Below are positions 10,448-19,352 of a stretch of 64,000 nt of DNA, in pieces. Below the pieces are notes generated by a model, which had not been told where the DNA came from, did not search any database, and saw only the letters and a program-made list of their open reading frames with translations. Location: assembly GCF_965219815.1 (NCBI RefSeq), contig NZ_OZ244791.1, positions 2,092,491 through 2,156,490 of the forward strand, in the 5' to 3' direction. The position numbers and the translations under genes are program-made. The DNA comes from Candidatus Poriferisocius sp. Its GTDB lineage: Bacteria > Actinomycetota > Acidimicrobiia > Acidimicrobiales > Bin134. Within the stretch, counting starts at the first letter, position 1; every line of letters starts with the position of its first letter.

Positions 10448-11527
10448 TCAGATGAAGACAGTTCGTCGGGTAATGACGAGTTCGGATATCTGAGCGTGGT
10501 GGGTGTTTTTCATGACTACTTCAACGGCGTGGAAACCGTACTCTGCAATGAGTTCGGCGATCTCTGGCGAACGGTCGTAGGTCATCAGAAAGTTCACTGG
10601 GGATTGCGCCAGGATCTTGAAGAGTCGTCGGTGGTCTAACTGGTTGTGGCTGTAGAGACGCCTGCCGGCTCGTTTGCCGCCTGCGGTGTACGGAGGGTCA
10701 ATGAAGGCGACCGTACCGGGCACCTCGGCAATGACCTCTAAGAGGTCAAGCCCATCGGCTTCGCAGAAGTTGATCTGCGGCGCGTGGGCTTCGATATTTC
10801 GCAATCGCTGGATGATGGTGTCGGGATACCAACGAGATGCGAGACCCTTGTTGTTTTCCCCTGACTTTGTTAAGGCAGCCCCAGGGGCGAGGATGCCACC
10901 GCGTCGAGTTCGGTTTAGGACCAAGGTGCGGAACCCGTGCTCGAGCAGCCCTCTGGGGGCTTGGTCAGCCAGAGCCGAAACAGATTCGCGTGTCGGTTCG
11001 AACTCAGATACGAGGTGACACAACTCGGCGTTGTGGCGTAGCGCCGCGTGCCAGAAAGCAGCCACATCGTGGTCTAGTTCGGCCATGAAGCATTGTTCGA
11101 CCAAGCTCTCGCACACCGCCGTGAGAGCAACTATGCCTCCGCCGCAGAATGGCTCAATGAGCGTCCTCGGTCTGGGCTGAATGGGTGCGAGCCAAGCCCG
11201 TATGTGGGGAATTAGCCAGGTCTTTCCGCCTGGGTAGCGCAGTGGTGAGCGCTGAGGCACCGAGGCAACATTGACAGCCGGGATGGGGGAGATTGGGAAG
11301 CCAGGGCCGTAGCCAGGCAAGGACGATTCGGTCTCGCTAGGCTCCCTTTGCGCCTTCATGGCGTTCGCGGCCTTGGGTGAGTCGACCTGCGCCTTTGCAC
11401 TGCTAACCAGCATGTCACGAGGACGATCCTCATCGGTGGACCTTTCAGCGGCATGGTGCGCGCTGCCTAGACGCTTTGGTCCCATCGCGGGAATCTGCAT
11501 TTGATCGATCCTCGGTTTATCCGTCAT
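10448..11527 (-). CDS. D12-class (Dam-like) DNA methyltransferase, probable N6-adenine
   Basis: RYPGGK, EPFCGGG (motif I) and FIDPPY (motif IV). About 95-aa low-complexity N-terminal extension, so the true start may be further in. Confidence 0.8.
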   Translation of the reverse strand: MTDKPRIDQMQIPAMGPKRLGSAHHAAERSTDEDRPRDMLVSSAKAQVDSPKAANAMKAQREPSETESSLPGYGPGFPISPIPAVNVASVPQRSPLRYPGGKTWLIPHIRAWLAPIQPRPRTLIEPFCGGGIVALTAVCESLVEQCFMAELDHDVAAFWHAALRHNAELCHLVSEFEPTRESVSALADQAPRGLLEHGFRTLVLNRTRRGGILAPGAALTKSGENNKGLASRWYPDTIIQRLRNIEAHAPQINFCEADGLDLLEVIAEVPGTVAFIDPPYTAGGKRAGRRLYSHNQLDHRRLFKILAQSPVNFLMTYDRSPEIAELIAEYGFHAVEVVMKNTHHAQISELVITRRTVFI

Positions 11528-11544
11528 TACCCGAGATTAAGGAT

Positions 11545-11567
11545 GGGTATGACAGTTTCAGTCCGAC
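11545..11567. repeat. direct repeat copy 2 (GGGTATGACAGTTTCAGTCCGAC)
   Basis: Lies 17 nt upstream of the methylase start and overlaps the stop codon (11558-11560) of the SAM methyltransferase gene. Copy 1 is 2,047 bp away. Confidence 0.65.
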
Positions 11568-12379
11568 GGGCAGACCCCGATCACCTCGCCGTTTATCCAG
11601 GCCCAGAAGCCGTCGGGCTGGACGGCCCATTGGCGGAAGGCGTCGGAGATTTCCTGTAGTTCATCGCGGGTGGCGAATCCGTTGTTGACTGCGTGCTCGG
11701 CAAAATCGCTTTCGATTGCCCGAACCGCCCACATCTCGCCCCACACAGTCCGACCCTCGTGGTCGGTGTGGGCAGTGGTGGTGGCAGTGGCCTCGATATC
11801 GGTGAAACCGGCTTCAATTGCCCACGACAGCAGATAGCGACCGGCGTCGGCCTCACCGCCGTTGGCGGTCGCAACCTGATGGTAGAGGTCTCGCCAGCGC
11901 TCGATGGCCGGAAACACGGGAGCGTGGATCATGGTGGCGTAGTCGGAGTCGCGCACGGCCACCAGCCCGCCGGGACGCAGTACTCGCCGGGCCTCCCGCA
12001 AGGCCCGGACCGGATCGGAAAGGTGCTGGAGCACCTGATGGGCGTACACCACGTCGAAGCTGGCGTCGTCCCACGGCAGCTCGTAGACCGAGCCGACCTC
12101 AAACGATGCGTTGGAGAGGCCGCAGTCGTCGGCATGGGCACGGGCCGCGTCCACCACTTCAGCCGACAGGTCTAGGCCCACCACCCGGCCAGCGCGGCGG
12201 GCCAGACCAGCGGTGATGGTGCCCGAGCCGCAACCGATGTCGAGCACCTCGGCATCGGGTCTCAGTCGAGGCAGCAAGAAGGTGGCGCATGACTCGGCCG
12301 TGCGCCGGGAGTGCCATCCCACGATTACCTGGTGGTAACCGTGGGTGTAAGTCTCGCCCTCGGGCTGTTGTTCAGCCAA
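11558..12379 (-). CDS. class I SAM-dependent methyltransferase
   Basis: VLDIGCGSGTIT motif I and the following acidic loop VGLDLS. 8-nt overlap with the P450 gene. Confidence 0.8.
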   Translation of the reverse strand: MAEQQPEGETYTHGYHQVIVGWHSRRTAESCATFLLPRLRPDAEVLDIGCGSGTITAGLARRAGRVVGLDLSAEVVDAARAHADDCGLSNASFEVGSVYELPWDDASFDVVYAHQVLQHLSDPVRALREARRVLRPGGLVAVRDSDYATMIHAPVFPAIERWRDLYHQVATANGGEADAGRYLLSWAIEAGFTDIEATATTTAHTDHEGRTVWGEMWAVRAIESDFAEHAVNNGFATRDELQEISDAFRQWAVQPDGFWAWINGEVIGVCPSD

Positions 12380-13598
12380 CGGGTTCAGGAGTCAAGAACG
12401 CGTCGAGGCGGTCGGGTCCGTTGGCCCAGAACACCGGGGTCTTCTTGCGAACGCATCCGGGAGCCAGTTCGGCAGATGCCACCCGGTCCAAGAACACCTC
12501 CAAGGCCACCCGGCCCTCCAGGCGGGCCAGGCTGGCGCCGGGGCAAATGTGGGGTCCGCCGCCGAAGGCGATGTGGTCTTTGGGACGGTCCCGGTCGAGC
12601 CGGAACTCGTCGGGGTGGTCGAAGTAGTCCTCGTCCCGGTTGGCCGACGACACGCCGAACACGATCTTGTCGCCGCTGCGCATCGGGGCGCCGAACACGT
12701 CGGTGTCCGCAGTGCAGTCCCGAATGAGCATGTGGGCAGGGGAGTCGATCCGCAGCGATTCCTCCACTGCCCGCTCAGAGAGGCTCCGGTCGGCCTTGAG
12801 GGTGGCGAACAACTCGGGGTCGCCGATGATGCGCCACAGCAGGTTGCCGATCAGGTGCCGAGTGGTCTCGTTGCCCGACATGATGAGGAACGCAAGCTGG
12901 GTGCGTATCTCCACGTCGGTGAGGCGATGGCCCTCGATCTCGGTAGTGATGAGCCGGGTGACCAGGTCGTCGGGGGCCTCGTCGCTGGCCCGCCGCTCGG
13001 CGATCAGCGCGTCGATGTAGGCGCAGAACTCGGGGTGGGCGCCGGCCAGGCCCTCGCCCCGCTCGTTGCGGTTGGTGCGGGGGTAGTCGCCCAGTACCAC
13101 CTCGTCGGTCCAGGCGTGGAACTGCTCCCAATCCTCGGCGGGCACCCCGATGAGGTGGGATATCACGTTGATGGGCACCGGGGTTATGAACTCGGCCACC
13201 AGCTCGCCGTGGCCTCGCTCCAAGATCGGGTCGAGATACTGGTGGCACAGATCCCGCACGAACGGCTCGGCCCGCATCGACTTGTGATGGGCCACCGTCG
13301 CGTTGATGATCCTTCGCACCTTGCCGTGGCGGGGTTCGGGGATCTCGCTGATGAGCTTCTCCTCTTCGGGCACCACCACGCCGGGATCGCGGAAGCTGGA
13401 CACGAAGGTCTCCACGTCTCTGGTGGCCTCTAGGACATGGTCGAACTTGGTGAGGTACCAGCCGGTGGGAGTCCGAGCTACCGGGCACTCCGACCGCAGC
13501 TCGGCCAGCGTGTCGATGGGCACCTCCTCGGGATAGCCGAACGGGTCGAATGCCATGTCCTCGTCGGAAGGCGTGAGCGGATCAGACGTCAAGCTCAT
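12372..13598 (-). CDS. cytochrome P450
   Basis: Heme-thiolate loop FGGGPHICPGASLAR, I-helix SGNETT, ExxR (ESLR). Confidence 0.9.
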   Translation of the reverse strand: MSLTSDPLTPSDEDMAFDPFGYPEEVPIDTLAELRSECPVARTPTGWYLTKFDHVLEATRDVETFVSSFRDPGVVVPEEEKLISEIPEPRHGKVRRIINATVAHHKSMRAEPFVRDLCHQYLDPILERGHGELVAEFITPVPINVISHLIGVPAEDWEQFHAWTDEVVLGDYPRTNRNERGEGLAGAHPEFCAYIDALIAERRASDEAPDDLVTRLITTEIEGHRLTDVEIRTQLAFLIMSGNETTRHLIGNLLWRIIGDPELFATLKADRSLSERAVEESLRIDSPAHMLIRDCTADTDVFGAPMRSGDKIVFGVSSANRDEDYFDHPDEFRLDRDRPKDHIAFGGGPHICPGASLARLEGRVALEVFLDRVASAELAPGCVRKKTPVFWANGPDRLDAFLTPEPVG

Positions 13599-13652
13599 GG
13601 TCCTATGGTGCCACGTTGTCGTTCGTCAGGCTGAAGAGTCCGGCAGCTCCGC

Positions 13653-14330
13653 TCACGCGGCGGCGAATATGGCGATGCGGGCCCACTGGTTGGGGTCGGC
13701 CTCGTCTGCTTCGCCATAGATGGGTCGCAACTCGAATTGCAACTCTGAGATGTGCCCGTCCGACTGGCATTGTCCCAGCCAATCGGCGAAGCCGAGTTCC
13801 TCGAAATGGGCAGAGTTGATTCCGAGTGCGAGGCGAGCTCCGGGGCTGGCTGCCCGGATCAGTTTCAAAATCGTCTCCGGACCGAAGATCCCATGCGTGA
13901 ACGCTCCTGAGCTCACGATGCCGGAGTAGGCGCCATCGGCCAACTCGGTCTGACCGGTGAGATCGGCTTCGATGAGTTGGCGGTACACAGGGCGGCCGTT
14001 GCACGTCTTGGCCGCGGCCTCGGCCAGCATTTCCGGCGATATGTCGATGCCGTCGATAACGGACACGCCCAACTTGGCCAACTCGCCCCCGACGACTCCG
14101 GTTCCACAGCCCACATCCAGCACAGGCTGGCCCGGGTCTGAGAATCCATCGCAGAAAACCTTGACCACCTCTTGGTGGTAGACGTATCCGCTGTCGATGA
14201 TGAAACCCGACTCGTACGTCTTGGCCCACGATGCGTACAGCTCGCGATTGGCCTCCGGGCCTTTGGCCGCATAGGCCATTTCGAGCGCGAGCTCTGCGGC
14301 CCTAGATCGTGGCCCTGTTTGCTCTGTCAT
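13653..14330 (-). CDS. class I SAM-dependent methyltransferase
   Basis: VLDVGCGTGVVG motif I, DGIDISPEM post-I motif. Confidence 0.8.
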   Translation of the reverse strand: MTEQTGPRSRAAELALEMAYAAKGPEANRELYASWAKTYESGFIIDSGYVYHQEVVKVFCDGFSDPGQPVLDVGCGTGVVGGELAKLGVSVIDGIDISPEMLAEAAAKTCNGRPVYRQLIEADLTGQTELADGAYSGIVSSGAFTHGIFGPETILKLIRAASPGARLALGINSAHFEELGFADWLGQCQSDGHISELQFELRPIYGEADEADPNQWARIAIFAAA

Positions 14331-14391
14331 TGCCCCTCACGGTAGTGACCACCCCGGTTGAAGCCCCCATCTCCCGGTAGTGTGCCCGGCG

Positions 14392-15873
14392 ATGGAGTTG
14401 GTGATCGGCTCGGTGTTCAACAACGCGGCTGCGACCGTGCCGCATCGCCCGGCAGCGGCGCTGGACGGGCAAGTGCTCACCTACGGGGAGTTAGGCCGAC
14501 AGGCCAATCAAATGAGCCGTGTGCTGGCCGGACTCGGGGTGAGTCGGGGCGACCGGGTGGTCACCTGGAGCGACAACAACCTGGCGTCGGTGTCCCTGTT
14601 TGTGGCTCTAGCCCAGGCGGGGGCGGTGTTCGCCCCGGCCAACGCCCGGCTGTCGCCCGAGGAGGCAGCCGAGATGGTGGGCCTGGCCCGACCCCGGCTG
14701 CTGGTGGTCGATTCTGAACATGCCGAGGCGGGGCAGGCAGTCGCCGACGCGGTGGGGGTGCCCCTTTTGCGGTTGGGAGGCACCGGTCCCGGGCTCGACC
14801 TGGTTGCCGAGGCCCAGTCAGGGTCGGCCGCGGCACCGGTGCCATCGCAGGTGGGGGAGAGCGATCCTCATGTGGTGTTCTTCACCAGCGGCAGCACCGG
14901 GAAGTCCAAGGGGGTGGTGCTGTCGCACCGGTGCAACTGGCTGCGCACTCGTACCCCGGCGCTGCTGGAGCCGAGGGGGGCCACGGTGTGCATGTTCCCG
15001 ATGTTCCACATGGGGGCATGGACCATCGCCCTTCAGGTCTGGCAGGCCCGGGGGCTGGTGGTGTTCACCGACCGGGCCGACGCCGATGTGTTGATCGATG
15101 CGGTTCAGCATCACCAAGGGGCCTACATGAACTGCATCCCGGCGGTGTGGCGCCGAGTGCTGGAAGCCAACCGGCATCAAGACCTGGCCTCGCTCCGATT
15201 CGCCACTTCCGGCACCTCGGCCACCCCACCCGAGCTGCTGGCCGACCTGAAGGCCGCGTTCCCCAACGCCCATCGGCGGGTCTTTTACGGCTCCACTGAG
15301 GCCGGCTCGGTCACGATGCTGGACGACGCCGACATGGAGTCCCGGCCGGGGAGCTGCGGTCAGGCCCACACCGGTGCGGAGGTGCGCCTCCACCAGGGAG
15401 AGCTCCAGACTCGGTCACCGTTCATGTTCGACGGATATTTCGACAATCCTGACGCCACCGCTGAGGCATTCACCGAAGACGGCTGGTTCCGCACCGGCGA
15501 TCTGGCCGAGGTGGACGGCGACGGCTTCTACGCCATCGTCGGGCGGGTCAAAGACGTGATTCGCACCGGTGGCGAGACGGTGTCGCCTGCTGAGGTTGAA
15601 GGCCATCTGGCTGATTTCCCCGGTGCTGCCGAAGTGGCGGTGGTGGGCATTCCCGACGATCGCTGGGGCGAAGTGGTGTGTGCCGTGTTCGTGCTGGCGT
15701 CGGGCGTTGCCCGGCCCACTCCCGATGCAGTGCAAGCCCACCTGAGCAACCGCCTGGCCCGGTTCAAGCACCCCCGCCGCATCGAGACCGTGGACGCCAT
15801 CCCCCGCACTCCGGCAACCGGCCAAGTCCGCCGCCGCGAGGTGGTGGCGGCAGTGTTGTCAACCGACGGCTAG
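14392..15873 (+). CDS. acyl-CoA synthetase / AMP-dependent ligase
   Basis: FTSGSTGKSKG, GSTEAG, FRTGDLAEVDGDGFYAIVGR. ATG at 14392 is preferred over the GTG at 14380. Confidence 0.85.
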   Translation: MELVIGSVFNNAAATVPHRPAAALDGQVLTYGELGRQANQMSRVLAGLGVSRGDRVVTWSDNNLASVSLFVALAQAGAVFAPANARLSPEEAAEMVGLARPRLLVVDSEHAEAGQAVADAVGVPLLRLGGTGPGLDLVAEAQSGSAAAPVPSQVGESDPHVVFFTSGSTGKSKGVVLSHRCNWLRTRTPALLEPRGATVCMFPMFHMGAWTIALQVWQARGLVVFTDRADADVLIDAVQHHQGAYMNCIPAVWRRVLEANRHQDLASLRFATSGTSATPPELLADLKAAFPNAHRRVFYGSTEAGSVTMLDDADMESRPGSCGQAHTGAEVRLHQGELQTRSPFMFDGYFDNPDATAEAFTEDGWFRTGDLAEVDGDGFYAIVGRVKDVIRTGGETVSPAEVEGHLADFPGAAEVAVVGIPDDRWGEVVCAVFVLASGVARPTPDAVQAHLSNRLARFKHPRRIETVDAIPRTPATGQVRRREVVAAVLSTDG

Positions 15874-16778
15874 TACTCCTCGTTGGGGTTGACGATTCCC
15901 TCCAGGGTTTGCCCGTCCAAGCGGCGCTGAAGATTGTCGGCGAAGGGGGCCATGAGGAAGTCCCAGGATTCAGGCATGCACCAGGACACATGGGCGCTGA
16001 GCCGGACTTGGGGGTGGTCGTACAGCCAGTGGCCCTCGGGGAGGGGTTCGGGCTCTACCGTGTCCAGCGATGCCCGGGCGATATGCCCGCGGTCCAGCGC
16101 AGCCCGCAGGGCGTCTTGGTCGATGAGGTCGCCCCGGGCGATGTTGATGATGTGCGCGCCCGGCTTGGCTTTGGCCAGGGTGTCGGCATCCAAGAGGTGA
16201 TGGGTGGCGGCGGTGGCCGGAGCGGCCACCACGATGTGATCGGAGCGCTCCAACAGCTCGTCCAACGAGGTGACGATCTGCACCCCAACTAGAGGCGAAG
16301 GCGCCGCGGTGCGTCGCAAAGCCAACACCGTCATATCGAAGGCCAGGGCCCGGCGGGCCACCGCGGTGCCGATGCCGCCCAGGCCGATGAGGCCCAGGGT
16401 CTTGCCGTAGAGCGCCCCCAAATCAGCGGTGAACCACCGCTCAGGCGGGCTTTTGAGCCACACATTGGGCAGGTCTTTTTCGAAGGTCAGCATCATGGCC
16501 AGGCACCACTCGGAGATGCCGATAGCTGAGGCCCCCCGTGAGCAGGTCATCACCCGGTCGCCCAGCAGCTCAAGGGGGAACCCGTCGATCCCGGTACTGG
16601 TCACGTGTACCCACTCCACCCCCCGATCGAGCAGCTCGGCCAAGTTGGGATAGCCCCGGGGGATGGTGAGCAGAACATCGCCGGACGCATCGTCGGGGAT
16701 GTCGCCCTGACGGGGCACGCATACGAACTCCACGGTGTCGAATCGGGCGATGATCGGGTCGAGCCGCCCGTCTTCCAT
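15870..16778 (-). CDS. D-isomer-specific 2-hydroxyacid dehydrogenase family protein
   Basis: NAD motif GLIGLGGIGTAVARR. Start trimmed to MEDGRLDP (ATG at 16776-16778); the 438-aa track ORF carries an Arg/Pro-rich, non-coding-looking extension. Confidence 0.8.
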   Translation of the reverse strand: MEDGRLDPIIARFDTVEFVCVPRQGDIPDDASGDVLLTIPRGYPNLAELLDRGVEWVHVTSTGIDGFPLELLGDRVMTCSRGASAIGISEWCLAMMLTFEKDLPNVWLKSPPERWFTADLGALYGKTLGLIGLGGIGTAVARRALAFDMTVLALRRTAAPSPLVGVQIVTSLDELLERSDHIVVAAPATAATHHLLDADTLAKAKPGAHIINIARGDLIDQDALRAALDRGHIARASLDTVEPEPLPEGHWLYDHPQVRLSAHVSWCMPESWDFLMAPFADNLQRRLDGQTLEGIVNPNEEY

Positions 16779-16881
16779 GTGGTGTAGCACTCGCACGGGG
16801 AGGAGCCTAGGGAACGGCGGGCGGGGCCGTCGGCGATTCCCGGCTCGGATTCCCCTGGGTGCGACCGCATAAGGTCGGGCC

Positions 16882-18111
16882 GTGAAATCTGAGGCTTTGT
16901 CCCACATTCGCATCTGCGACTTCACCGGACAGCTGGCCGGAGCAGGGGCGACCCGGTGGATGGCCGCCTTCGGGGCCGAGATCATCCGCATTGAGGATCC
17001 CGTGCGCCTCGGCAAATGGGATGTGCTCCGGGGAACGTCCCCGTTCGTGGACGACCGCCGGGGCCATGAGTTCGGCGGGTGCTTCAACAACCACAATGTG
17101 GAGAAGCTGGGGGTCACGCTCAACCTCCGCACCGAGCGGGGCAAAGAGCTGCTGGCCGAGATCATCGCGGTGAGCGACGCCGTCACCGAGAACTTCGCCG
17201 CCGGAGTGCTGGAGCGCCTGGGATTTGGTTATGACCGTCTGAAGGAGATCAAGCCCGACATCTTGTACGTGTCCAACTGCGGGTTCGGCCACATCGGCCC
17301 CTATCGCAAGTACAAGACGTGGGGCCCGATCGTGCAGGCCTGCTGCGGGCTCACCTTCACCTCCGGGCTCCCCGACATGCCCTCGGCCGGGTGGGGCTAC
17401 TCCTATATGGACCACCACGGCGGGAACTTCATGGCCATGGCCATCATGGCCGGGCTCATCCACCGCAGCCGCACCGGCGAGGGCCAATGGATCGACATGT
17501 CCTGCACCGATGCCGGGGCCACCATGCTCGGACCGGTGGCATTGGACTACACCGTGAACGGACGGCCTCTGCGGCGCGACGGCATGCCCTATAGCAACCG
17601 CAGCCAGTTCCCGGCCATGGCCCCCCACGGCATCTATGAGGCCGACGGGCACGACGCGTGGCTGGCCCTGGCCGCCCGAGACGACCGCGATTGGCAGGCC
17701 ATCGCCGGGGTTATGGGCATCAACGACCAGCGGTTCGACGACCTGGCCGGGCGACTGGCCTATGAGGACGAGTTGGACGAAGCCGTGCGGACCTGGAGTT
17801 CGGGTCGGGATCGGTTCAAGGCGGCGGCCGAGCTGCAAGCCGTCGGCGTGCCCGCCGCCGGGGTGGCCAAGCCGGAGGACCGAATCGACAACGACCCCAA
17901 TACCGAAGCCTGGGGTTTGTGGCCCACCGTTACCCACGGAGAGATGGGCCGGGTGAGAGTGGACGGCATCCCCGCCCATTTCTCGGAAACCGACTGGGTG
18001 CTGGAACGGGGAGGACCCCTGCTGGGCCAGCACAACCGCCAGATTCTCGGGGGCCTGCTCGGCCATTCAGATGCCGAGCTGGCCGACCTGGCTGCGGAGG
18101 GGGTGATCTGA
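16882..18111 (+). CDS. family III CoA-transferase (CaiB/BaiF type)
   Basis: 409 aa. IRICDFTGQLAGAGATRWMAAFGAEIIRIE and overall CaiB/BaiF-like layout. Confidence 0.85.
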   Translation: MKSEALSHIRICDFTGQLAGAGATRWMAAFGAEIIRIEDPVRLGKWDVLRGTSPFVDDRRGHEFGGCFNNHNVEKLGVTLNLRTERGKELLAEIIAVSDAVTENFAAGVLERLGFGYDRLKEIKPDILYVSNCGFGHIGPYRKYKTWGPIVQACCGLTFTSGLPDMPSAGWGYSYMDHHGGNFMAMAIMAGLIHRSRTGEGQWIDMSCTDAGATMLGPVALDYTVNGRPLRRDGMPYSNRSQFPAMAPHGIYEADGHDAWLALAARDDRDWQAIAGVMGINDQRFDDLAGRLAYEDELDEAVRTWSSGRDRFKAAAELQAVGVPAAGVAKPEDRIDNDPNTEAWGLWPTVTHGEMGRVRVDGIPAHFSETDWVLERGGPLLGQHNRQILGGLLGHSDAELADLAAEGVI

Positions 18112-19352
18112 TGACGGGGAACGACCTGCCCGGCGCTCTGGCCGGAATCCGAGTGGTGGAGTTGGCCGGTGAAGCGTCGGCGTATGCCGGGTTGCTACTG
18201 GCGGGGATGGGTGCCGAGGTCATTGTGGTTGAGCCTCCCGATGGTCACCACACCCGGGGATTTGAGCCGTTTCTGCACGACGAGCCCGATCCCGAGCGCA
18301 GCCTTTGGTGGTGGCACTACAACGCCTCCAAGCTGGGCGTGACCCTGGATCTAGGGGATGAAGACGATCGAAACCGGTTCCGCTCGCTGGTTGCCACCGC
18401 AGATGTGGTGCTGGAATCCGAGCGCCCTGGTCGACTGGCCGACTTGGGCATCGACCACGATGTGCTGCGGGCTGACCACCCCGAGTTGATCTGGGTATCG
18501 CTAACGCCGTTTGGCCGCAGCGGACCGCGGTCCCAAGAAGAGAGCATCGACCTGACCGTGCTGGCCGGGGGCGGGCCGGTGTGGAGCTGCGGTTACGACG
18601 ACCATGCCATCCCACCTCAGCGGGGCGGCGGCAACCAGGGGTACCAGACCGGCTCGGTGTTCGCAGTGCTCTCCGCCCAGACCGCGCTGTTGGCCCGAGA
18701 CAGCACTGGTCGGGGCCAGTTCGTGGACGTCAGCATGCACGCGGCCGCCAACGTGACCACCGAGTTCGGCTCGGTGCAGTGGCTGGTGGCTGGCGACGAG
18801 GTGCAGCGCCAGACCGGGCGGCACGCGGCCATCGAGCCCACCACGTTCACCAGGGCACTGTCGGCGGACGGCATCGACGTGAACACCGGCTTCCCACCCC
18901 GCTCGGCCCGGGACTTTGCCGTGGTAGTGGAGTGGATGGAGAGTCTGGGGTTGAAAGACCAATTTGAAGAGTTCTTCTTCTTGGAGATGGGCGCGCAACT
19001 CGAAGAGGATCTGCATCTCTCCCAGGTGGGCCAGGATCCCGAGGTGACCGCCATGTTCGGGGCCGCCCGAGAGGCAGTCCGGTTCATCTCCGAGAACATC
19101 ACCGCCTACGAGTTCTTCATCGGCGCCCAAGAGCGGGGGCTGGCGGTGGGCATCATCTATTCGCCCGAAGAAGTGCTGGCCGACCCCCACTTCCAAGAGC
19201 GAGGCTTCCCCGTCGAGGTGGAGCACGAGGACTTGGGCCGCAGCTTCACCTATCTGGGAGCGCCGTACATTGCCCCCAAGTCCCCCTACCGCATCCGGCA
19301 CCGCGCCCCCCATATCGGCGAGCACAACTCCATCATTGAGGCTCTGGCCTAG
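18111..19352 (+). CDS. family III CoA-transferase (CaiB/BaiF type)
   Basis: ATG at 18111 overlaps the upstream TGA (TGATG). GIRVVELAGEASAYAGLLLAGMGAEVIVVE. The track ORF start at 17919 lies inside the upstream gene. Confidence 0.8.
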   Translation: MTGNDLPGALAGIRVVELAGEASAYAGLLLAGMGAEVIVVEPPDGHHTRGFEPFLHDEPDPERSLWWWHYNASKLGVTLDLGDEDDRNRFRSLVATADVVLESERPGRLADLGIDHDVLRADHPELIWVSLTPFGRSGPRSQEESIDLTVLAGGGPVWSCGYDDHAIPPQRGGGNQGYQTGSVFAVLSAQTALLARDSTGRGQFVDVSMHAAANVTTEFGSVQWLVAGDEVQRQTGRHAAIEPTTFTRALSADGIDVNTGFPPRSARDFAVVVEWMESLGLKDQFEEFFFLEMGAQLEEDLHLSQVGQDPEVTAMFGAAREAVRFISENITAYEFFIGAQERGLAVGIIYSPEEVLADPHFQERGFPVEVEHEDLGRSFTYLGAPYIAPKSPYRIRHRAPHIGEHNSIIEALA

